From assembly GCA_000004985.1 (NCBI GenBank), contig GG738845.1: a DNA stretch of 64,000 nucleotides; one strand, given 5' to 3'. The notes beneath the pieces were generated by a model, which did not search any database, had not been told where the DNA came from, and saw only the letters and a program-made list of their open reading frames with translations. The translations under genes and the position numbers were made by a program. This document shows positions 55,901 to 64,000 of this stretch, piece after piece. Each line of letters begins with the position of its first letter. Within the stretch, counting starts at the first letter, position 1. The DNA comes from Naegleria gruberi (lineage: Eukaryota).

Positions 55901-58900
55901 TTTCATTATTTTGTAGAATTTGCTTTTTGTGTTCTAGTTTTTTCTCAGTATCTCTTCCACTATTACATCTTTCTTTTAATACCCTTAGTGTTTCCTCATA
56001 TTTGAGAATAGATTCGTTTAATGATCTTTCTTCTTCTTCTTCTAACTTTTTTAGCATTTCCAATTTTTCAAGAGTTTTCAACTTGGAGTTGTCTTTTAAT
56101 GTTTCTAAAATATCTGTTTTTTCTGAATTGTGCTTATCTATCAACATTATTTCTTCCTCTAATCTCATTAATTGATCCTTGAGTTGTTTCTCTTCCTCTT
56201 CCTTAACTTCCTTCTTCTTGACTGCATCTTTTAACTTTATGCCTAGTTCTTCTATTAGTACCTTCAACGCTTCTAAATGTACTTCTTCAGTTTTAATACA
56301 TATTTCAAACTCCTTAACTTTAGATCTGATGGAATGTGTGTTATCTAACAATATTTTATGCTTCTCTTCTTCTTCTTCAAGCTCTTCTTCAATTTTTTGG
56401 GCATCGAATGTGTACTTGTCAAAAAGTAGTTGTTTTTCGTCTAGCAACAACATTGAATTTTGAATTCCATTGCTCAAATTCTGAATATTGTTTTCAACTA
56501 TTTCTAGTGCACTCTTAAGTTGGTTTTCCTTGTTGTTTCTTTCTGCAATTATCATGTTGAGATTCTCCAATTTCTCTTTTTTGGTTTCTTCAAGGGACTG
56601 AATAGTCTTTTCGGCCTCTTCGATACTGTTGGTTATTCTTTCCAGTTCTGATTCAATACCTTTTCTTTTAGTAATTATTACATCAAGACTACTCAATTTA
56701 ATGCCAATTTTAGATTGGAAACAATTAAAAGATTCCTCTTCAAAAGAAATTGAATTCTCAATTTCTGAAATTTTCCTTTCAATTTCCTTTTTTTGTTCTT
56801 CCTTTAATACTAATTCTCTGGTCTTTGAATCGTGCTGAACTCTGATTTCCTCCATTTTACTCTCTATTTCTTCTTGGTTCTTTTTAAATTTTTCTTCTAC
56901 CATATTTCTATAGAGAATCTTATCATGTAATATTAATTCTTGTTCCTCTAACTTTTCTCTAAATATACAAATATCCTCCTTTTGTAATTCTATTCTGTCT
57001 TCTATTTGAGATATAGATTCGCTCAATTTATGTTCTTCATCAGCTAACTTTGGTCCTAATTCAACTAGATTTTTGTAATTCTCTTCTAGAGATTTAATGT
57101 ATAATTCCATTTCTTTGTTTTGGTTTTCTTTTTCATAGACATTCTCTTTAAGCTTTTCTGTAAGCTGAGTAATTTCAAGATTAGTTTGAAGAGAATTGGC
57201 TAATTGCTTTTCTACTTCTTCTAATTTTTGTTGAAATATGATTTGCTCTTTTTCAGCGGTTTGTAAAAGTGTTTCTTTTGATTTCAAAAACCCATCATTT
57301 GCCTTTTTTTTCATTTCTATTTCTTCGACTTTGAGTTTTTCAAGATCATGCTCATAAGTTTTTCTTGCTTTTAGAATGCAACATTCAACACGTGTCTGTT
57401 CTTGTTCTAATGAAAGTTGCAACTCATTCTCAACCCTATTTTTTTCAATTTCAAGGGATTTTACTTTTTCTGATTTTATATCCCTTATCTTGGATTCAAG
57501 TGCTGCTACTTGATCAGATATAATTTGCTCATTTGATTTCAAAAAAATTTCCAAATTTTCTCGTTTTTCGTTGATTGTAAGGATCAAACAATTAAGATGA
57601 TCAATATGGTTTTTAACTTCTACCATTGGCAAGTATTCGTAGAATTTTTGGAAAGCTTGTTCCTCAAATGTCTTGGAATCCAACTGTTGAGAAACTATTT
57701 GTTTCAATTCATCACGCATTTCACTTTGTGTTTTCAAGAACACTTCTGCCTCAGTGCAAATCTTTGAAAATATTGGTATTTTCTTGGCTTTTTCAATTAA
57801 TAACCCCAATATTTCATCAGGATTTTTTTGCTCCATTTGAAGCAAAATCTGATTGGAAATATTACTTTCTAAAAATATAGATGTCTTTCTTTGTACCAGT
57901 TTGTCCATCGAGGATAAAATTTCCGCATCTTGCTCAAGCTCTGACAATTTACACAAAATATCATCAATAGACGAGACACTTATTTCATCGTTATTAAGAA
58001 TATTCTCAGTGTAATTTAGTAGATCGTTTCTTTTTTTGAGTTTCTCCAACTTATTAGTTAAAAATATTTTTTCTTTCTCCATAAAATTTCCTTCCAATGT
58101 ATTAATAATCTCCTCAATTTGGGTAATATTATTAGAGGAAATATAATCTTTCATATTTTTTCTGATAAGATTAATTTTTTGAAATAAATCATTTGATTTC
58201 TTTTGTAAAAGCACAAAATTGGTATTTTCATTCCCTTCCTGACAAATGCTACTAACTTTTTCATTCCATAAACGTAATAAGCATTCATTACCCAACTTCA
58301 TGATAACCTCAAATTCCTCCATGAGACGTTTTTCATTATACTCTTTCCATTGATTGGTTATTTCGATAATATCTTTTTTTGATAGGAAATTTGTAAATTT
58401 TGATATATACTCTTCCAATCTCTTGCTTACATGAATACTTTCGAATTGATCCAAAATCTTATTTTTTGAAGTTTGGTTTTGTATAATGAGGTAATCCACT
58501 TCATCCAATAATTTGTTGTCAAAAAACTCTGTACAATCTTTGCACTGTTGGAATAAAGTTATTATATTTGAGAAATCTCTCTCAATTAATCTACATTCAA
58601 GATCTATAAAATGTTGGATTTCCAACTCTGCTTTTTTAGCTTTCTCTAATAATTGTAAATTTTTTAAATCAGTACTATTCTCAATTATATTAACAACTTC
58701 ATGAATCCTATTAAGATTTTTTTGTTTTAAAGCGCTATTATACTCTTCTAATAACTCTTCTTCTCTATCTAATTGTGATAACACAGAAATAGCCCTATTT
58801 AAATGTTCGGGAAGAGAATTTGTAAAACGTTTGCCTATGGATATGGCTTTTTCCAAGTTGGTTTTTTCCCTGGCCACAATAGCATTTTCAAGCAGAACCC

Positions 58901-61239
58901 TGCTTTCTTGAATAGAACCTAGAATGCTATTCATTTGGTCGATTGAAGAAATGAAACTTGACTTTAGGTGATCCTCTTTTTCAATAGTTTTTAAACAAGC
59001 TTTCAGCTTGCCCTCCTCTCTTTCCGCAATGGCTTCATCCACTAAAAGTTCCATCTTTTGGATGTCATATCTTTCCCACAATTTCCATTGACTGTTGACA
59101 AAGCTTTCACTAAAATTTGCAGAAATACTAGACAATACTGCACTAAATTCTTCCTTTCCAAGTGATAAATTAATTGGAAGTAACGAATTTTGTGTTTGAT
59201 GTAATTGGCATACTCGGCTCCAAATTTCCGAAATTTCTGCGTCTTTAAAATCGTTTCTAATTTCTTTCTGAACAATTTGGAAATTTGATAAATCTCTTGT
59301 TTTTAACATTGTTTCTAGCTTGTATTTGATGTCTAACTCCTCCACGGAAACGGAGAGCAGAGAATCAAGCAGTAGTTTCGCTTCATTTCTCAAATTCTGC
59401 CATTTTTCTGTTTCTGATTTTATTCCATCTGNNNNNNNNNNNNNNNNNNNNNNNNNNNNNNNNNNNNNNNNNNNNNNNNNNNNNNNNNNNNNNNNNNNNN
59501 NNNNNNNNNNNNNNNNNNNNNNNNNNNNNNNNNNNNNNNNNNNNNNNNNNNNNNNNNNNNNNNNNNNNNNNNNNNNNNNNNNNNNNNNNNNNNNNNNNNN
59601 NNNNNNNNNNNNNNNNNNNNNNNNNNNNNNNNNNNNNNNNNNNNNNNNNNNNNNNNNNNNNNNNNNNNNNNNNNNNNNNNNNNNNNNNNNNNNNNNNNNN
59701 NNNNNNNNNNNNNNNNNNNNNNNNNNNNNNNNNNNNNNNNNNNNNNNNNNNNNNNNNNNNNNNNNNNNNNNNNNNNNNNNNNNNNNNNNNNNNNNNNNNN
59801 NNNNNNNNNNNTCTTTATACCAGACTCTAGAAGTATTTGTGTGAATTTTTGTTGTTTTTCTGCAGAAAACGTTTCAGACTTTTCTATAATATTTTTGATT
59901 CGTTGTACCACTTCCTTCTTTCTTCTTTCCTTCTCTTCTACCATGTTTTGATCGGTATCATTAAGAGAGAGAAATGTAAGAGCGTCTTTTAGAATATCTG
60001 AAGCAATAATCCTTTCGATTTCATTCAAAAAAGAGTTAACAGCTGCTTTCACTTGATTAAGGTCTTGTTTTTGAAGAGCTATTGACAGCTCCTTCCGTTT
60101 TTCCAAGGCTCCAGAAAATGATGAAAGACAGGTATGGGTTTGTTTGAGTAATCTAACCATATTAGTAGGAACCTGACTGTAAAATATTTCTAAATCTTGC
60201 TGATTACCTTTTTCCAGGGATTTTACAAAAGAATTTATCATTTCTATGATCCTTTTTGTTTCATCCACCAATCTTTGAGTTTTGTTTACCTTGTGGGATG
60301 TTTCTTTTCCAAACTGGGTCGAGAATATTGTTAGGTTCTTGGAGTAGTTATTATCAAAACTTTCTACTTTTAATCTTAATTTCTCATCTCCAAAATTCAC
60401 AACTTCCAGGATATGACCATCAATGTTATTGTACAATTCATTAAGAAAGGTAGTTGCTTCCTTCTCAATATTGTCCATACTTTGAATGAAGTTTAGTTTT
60501 TCCTGAAATAATTTTGTTGCATTTTCTACAGCATTTCTCAATGACTGATCTTTAAAATCAAATATATTTTGCTTTAAACCTGCCCTATAGACAGTTAAAA
60601 GATGGTGGATCTCTTCTAATTTTTCGTTTTTGATAGAAACTTCAAGGCTTTGCAAAAACTCATCTCTCTTTCTTCCTTTCCATCTCCTTAACAGAAATGA
60701 GTTAATGATCAATATAACTTTACCTACATTTTATCATTTCCTGTAGAAAATTCAATAGAATTTAAAAAAGAATCCAAGTTTTTTTGCAAATTAACAATAC
60801 TACCACTAACTTTCTCTTGAAATCTTGAATATTGAGCTTGCATAGATTTCATTTCGTCCTCTATGGAGTCAATTTTAGTCCTTATTACTTCTATTCCTTG
60901 TGAAAAATCATCTTGATCCAATAAAACAAAATTTTCCTTCACATTCTTATCACCAGTGCTTTTTTCTCTTGGGTTTGAAGGTGATTTAAGATGGTCATCT
61001 CTTTCCGAAGGACTTTCAAATCTTGGTTGGTATCTAATCAAGCTTGGGCTTTTCGTTGGACTTTCCAAACGTAAAGTGTTGTTACTACTATTATACAAAG
61101 ATGTGTTTTCAAGAGAAGTTTCCTTCCTCACTGGTGATTTTAAAGTTGGCGAAGCATATCTTTTGAATATTTCACTGGGAGTAGAAAAAGTTGCTCCAAA
61201 TGTCTTTGAGTGCGATGATGGTGTTCTCCTCTCACTCAT
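52963..61239 (-). CDS. Giant (~2700 aa) coiled-coil protein with a Ser-rich N-terminus and a C-terminal ~330-aa globular domain of unknown type. It is interrupted by a 41-nt intron (60687..60727), a 380-nt N gap (59432..59811) and an apparent frameshift near 55670.
   Basis: Four collinear minus-strand ORFs (60724..61239, 59420..60712, 55620..59393, 52963..55665) are all heptad-rich and E/K/L/I/N-dominated. The first two join through GTAGGT...gttaag, giving ...GNDKM|RWKGRKRDEF. The last two overlap by 46 nt in different frames, but the protein reads continuously (...KDISEYDSK/AINLEEQKSS...) if 1 nt is added or removed. Confidence 0.5.
54340..55340 (-). repeat. Internal direct repeats (~800-nt period with shorter nested copies) inside the giant coiled-coil gene.
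   Basis: Near-identical ~50-nt stretches (ttttttggataattctgataatgat[c/t]tttcaataattgtcttttcaagttca) occur at ~55263 and ~54463. The 54341..54480 and 54931..55010 segments are similar to 55061..55250. The protein repeats are ...EKTIIE[RK]SLSELSKKENEL...QETK[LF]Q[EK]TIS[KE]KET.I..SISELEQKVV. Confidence 0.7.
59432..59811. other. Assembly gap of 380 Ns, a scaffold join inside the giant coiled-coil gene.
   Basis: A literal run of n characters. The reading frame across it cannot be tracked. Confidence 0.99.
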
Positions 61240-61342
61240 TGTTGTGACAAATATTTTTGATGATAAGAATGTGGGCAGTGCTTAGAACCCTCCAACTAAC
61301 TTGTAGTCAAAAATGCGCCAAAACAACATTTAAAAAAATGCA

Positions 61343-62947
61343 ATGATGCCTCAAGTCGATAGAAACCCACAAACTACTCAACCCCTACGAAGGTTGGTTT
61401 TTATTCCTGAATCTATGAAAGAAATGTTTGGAAAACGGAAGATATCAATTTCATCTAATAGACATGAATTAAATGAACAAAAAAAACCAAACTTCAATTC
61501 CGATATAATAGTACCTCAAAGAGACCCAATAACTACAGGCCCTTTGAAATCTCTCCATATCACATACAATTCAAAAATACTTTCTAGAGATTATAAGGAA
61601 GGCGAAACGGTCCATATCCAAGATTGTCACAAAAACAAAGATTTACAAAAAGAAAAAAAGCTTTCACATACTACAACCAAACAACAAACAGAAGCTCTTC
61701 AAAATAGTATCAAAGAAATAGAACCCACACGAAATAGAAACCAAACTTCATCTAGAAGGGAGAACAGTTTGTACACAGCAGAAAAAATGAAAGATTTGGA
61801 ACAATCAACATTATTTTGGCTAAGAAGTTTGGGAATGTTACCCATTCATAAACCTATTCCAGTAACGTTAGAAGAAATTGAAGAAGAAATCAGAAATGGC
61901 ACATTGTTATGCAATTTAGTAGAATTTATTATTGGAGAACCAATTTTAGGAGTAAATAGAAATCCTAAAATTGAAACATCATCAAAATCCAATATTTCAA
62001 AGGCATTCGATCCCCTAAGAAATAAGAAGTGGATGCACCAGAAAAACCTAATAGAAGAGGATATTTTAATTGGAAACAAAAACACTATTCTAGCTCTATT
62101 TGAAGATATTCGAAGATACTACGATGGAATTCCTCAGAGAACTTCAAAAACCAAGTCTCCTTATCTTGGGAATTACTCCCCCATTGGTCTAGGTGTACCT
62201 CATTACACTTTCCAGAATATTCCACCAGTTCCTAATGATTTACCCATTCAACAGAGCACAAAACAATCCCTTATCCAACAAATGATGAGTTCAAACTTTT
62301 ATGATTGTGAAAAAATCCCATTTACAACAGCTTCTCCGACAGAGCTTAAACCAACTACACCAACTCCTACAAGGGGCTCAGCAATAGAACAAAGAGTATG
62401 TCCAGAACCATTCTTCCCATCGTCACAACTAAAATCTGTATTCCTTCCCTCGCCCTCAGACATTATTCAAACTTTGGAGCTAATGAATAAGGACTCGAAG
62501 ACCAAACAGACTAATACCCCAATTCAACAAGACTTTGAAGACTGTGATCTAGTGAGAAACGAATTCAAAGAAAACCAATTTATAGAAGAATCAAAAAAAA
62601 AGAAACATATTCTTTCGTGGATTGAAAAAGGGCTAGGTATCAAAGTAGATATGGACACATTCTTTTTTGAATTAATGAATGGAACTAAACTTGCCGAAAT
62701 AGTTGCTAGGTGTGAGATGTCTCACGAACTGAGGGGAGTTGAAAAAAATCCAAAAAAACCAGCTCACAAAATTAACAATGTAAATAGAGCTCTTTCAGTA
62801 CTAAGGGAGCACAAAGATATGACAAATTGTAAATTTATTTGGTCAACTAATGATATTGTAAATGGTAACGTATCTGTAATATTGGGACTTTTATCTGATT
62901 TATTTTCATGTTATTGCAGGAGTAAATCTAGATACTTTGAAGAATAA
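61343..62947 (+). CDS. Protein with two calponin-homology (CH)-like domains, possibly cytoskeletal or ciliary.
   Basis: Two segments fit the CH pattern (...TLFWLRSLGMLPIHKPIPVTLEEIEEEIRNGTLLCNLVEFIIGEPILGVNRNPK...NISKAFDPL...ILALFEDI and ...ILSWIEKGLGIKVDMDTFFFELMNGTKLAEIVARCE...NVNRALSVLREH...VNGNVSVILGLLSDLF). ATG at 61343. Confidence 0.4.
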   Translation: MMPQVDRNPQTTQPLRRLVFIPESMKEMFGKRKISISSNRHELNEQKKPNFNSDIIVPQRDPITTGPLKSLHITYNSKILSRDYKEGETVHIQDCHKNKDLQKEKKLSHTTTKQQTEALQNSIKEIEPTRNRNQTSSRRENSLYTAEKMKDLEQSTLFWLRSLGMLPIHKPIPVTLEEIEEEIRNGTLLCNLVEFIIGEPILGVNRNPKIETSSKSNISKAFDPLRNKKWMHQKNLIEEDILIGNKNTILALFEDIRRYYDGIPQRTSKTKSPYLGNYSPIGLGVPHYTFQNIPPVPNDLPIQQSTKQSLIQQMMSSNFYDCEKIPFTTASPTELKPTTPTPTRGSAIEQRVCPEPFFPSSQLKSVFLPSPSDIIQTLELMNKDSKTKQTNTPIQQDFEDCDLVRNEFKENQFIEESKKKKHILSWIEKGLGIKVDMDTFFFELMNGTKLAEIVARCEMSHELRGVEKNPKKPAHKINNVNRALSVLREHKDMTNCKFIWSTNDIVNGNVSVILGLLSDLFSCYCRSKSRYFEE

Positions 62948-63020
62948 TAAACCATCTAGGACTTCAATTTAAATGCTCAACAAAAAAAATTATTTACTTC
63001 AACAAAAATTTTAAAACAAA

Positions 63021-64000
63021 ATGTCTCACAAGAGAAAGCGATTACAGCTAAATGATGATGACCTTATAGAAGGAAGAGCACTCTATAGTAGTAGTGATGA
63101 GGATTCCGATAATGAAGATTTTAATGACATTCCTCAACAGTATGACAGCGATAATGAGAGGGAATATAAAAAGAATGTACACAGACTTGCTGCTGATGAA
63201 GACGAAGAATCAACAAACGAGCAAGCAATTCCAAGTAGTACCAAGAAATTCTCTTTTGATGTTAGAGGTTCCGATCTTGGAAAACGTCTTACAAGAAAGA
63301 TTAACCAAAATCCAAAAATTAACAAGGCTATTAAATCTAAATCAATTTTTAATGATGAAGAGGAACAAGAAGTTAGTGATGAAGAAGAGGAAGAGCAAGG
63401 AGAAAATAACATCCTTTTAAGAGCAATGAGAAATGATTCCGATGAAGAAGAAAATGGACAAGTTTCAGCATTCGACGTACCTCCTTCTGCGTATGGCAAC
63501 TTGGATGAAGAGGATGAAGAACTTGATGAAGAGGATGGAGAGCTTGAAAGAGGTAACGAAGATGATGACGTAGATGAAATGAATGATGATGAAGAAATAC
63601 CAGATGATGATGACGTAGATGAAATGAATGGTGATGAAGAAGATGGAGAAATTTCAGAAAATAATGATGAAGAAGAAGAGCTTGGTAGACATGATATTAT
63701 TAAAACACTTGGCAAAGCTAGTAACTCAATAGACAAAAAGGAAAACAATATTATAGATGAAAAAGATGAGGACAATTACGACACATCATTCTTCTCTGAG
63801 GCACCTGCTGATATTGAAGTTTCCAAATCATTTAATGATATGAATTTGTCACGCCCACTCTTAAAAGCCATCTATGAAAAGGGATATGAACATCCAACAC
63901 CAATCCAGTCCAGATGTATTCCTCTTTTGTTAAAAGGTAGAGATATTTGTGCTAGTGCAATGACAGGTTCTGGTAAAACAGCAGCTTTCATCTTGCCAAC
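63021..64000 (+). CDS. DDX27: DEAD-box RNA helicase of the DDX27/Drs1 type, 5' part only (acidic N-terminus, Q motif and motif I). It runs off the window end.
   Basis: The frame is open from ATG 63021 to nt 64000. ...SFNDMNLSRPLLKAIYEKGYEHPTPIQSRCIPLLLKGRDICASAMTGSGKTAAFILP matches DDX27 FQDLNLSRPLLKAI...[35 protein letters not shown]. The ORF-track entry at 63094..63420 is in another frame and is spurious. Confidence 0.85.
   Translation, partial: MSHKRKRLQLNDDDLIEGRALYSSSDEDSDNEDFNDIPQQYDSDNEREYKKNVHRLAADEDEESTNEQAIPSSTKKFSFDVRGSDLGKRLTRKINQNPKINKAIKSKSIFNDEEEQEVSDEEEEEQGENNILLRAMRNDSDEEENGQVSAFDVPPSAYGNLDEEDEELDEEDGELERGNEDDDVDEMNDDEEIPDDDDVDEMNGDEEDGEISENNDEEEELGRHDIIKTLGKASNSIDKKENNIIDEKDEDNYDTSFFSEAPADIEVSKSFNDMNLSRPLLKAIYEKGYEHPTPIQSRCIPLLLKGRDICASAMTGSGKTAAFILP

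Noticed and set aside
63094-63420. 108-aa plus-strand ORF (MMRIPIMK...) in the ORF track
   Set aside because: It is out of frame with the continuous helicase ORF starting at ATG 63021. The helicase frame gives conserved DEAD-box motifs and this one does not.
63134-63775. 213-aa Ser-rich minus-strand ORF
   Set aside because: It is the antisense reading of the acidic (GAA/GAT-rich) N-terminal region of the DDX27-like helicase, whose plus frame is open from 63021 to the window end. This is a low-complexity mirror artefact.

Overview
This is a eukaryotic nuclear window, not prokaryotic: A/T-rich (~1/3 GC by eye), extremely gene-dense (about 34 protein-coding genes in 64 kb, on both strands) and full of very short spliceosomal introns (30-74 nt, GT...AG). 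I recognised most products by reading the translations. On the plus side they include RuvB-like 1 (3' part), GlcN-6-P N-acetyltransferase, PEX7, TFIIF-beta, a mitochondrial carrier, an ALG12-like GT22 mannosyltransferase fused in-frame to a p23/CS domain, ESF2/ABT1, tRNase Z, proteasome alpha-5, GINS Psf2, presequence protease PreP, a Ras-like GTPase, UTP14, Lunapark, DIS3/RRP44, a PCTAIRE-type CDK, IFT57, a SNAPc4-like Myb protein, a Qa-SNARE syntaxin, MCM-binding protein and the 5' part of a DDX27/Drs1-type DEAD-box helicase. IFT57 implies a ciliated organism. The ALG12-like ORF continues without a stop through a p23/CS domain and a C-terminal TM helix. Several hypothetical proteins are also present. 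These include a ~2700-aa coiled-coil gene, a bacterial/phage-type DUF4326 gene embedded between host genes, and an alpha/beta-hydrolase whose nucleophile Ser is replaced by Gly. The giant coiled-coil gene is interrupted by a 380-nt run of Ns (scaffold gap) and an apparent +/-1 frameshift, and it contains long internal direct repeats. The supplied ORF track translates non-ATG starts (TTG/GTG) as M; I checked this at several sites, so some listed starts are not real. I found no rRNA, tRNA, CRISPR array or recognisable mobile element. The most unusual items are the ALG12-p23 fusion ORF, the DUF4326 gene (possible HGT), an 11-nt micro-exon, 30-40-nt introns, overlapping convergent stop codons and 15-50-nt same-strand intergenic spacers. 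I cannot assign the organism from sequence alone.
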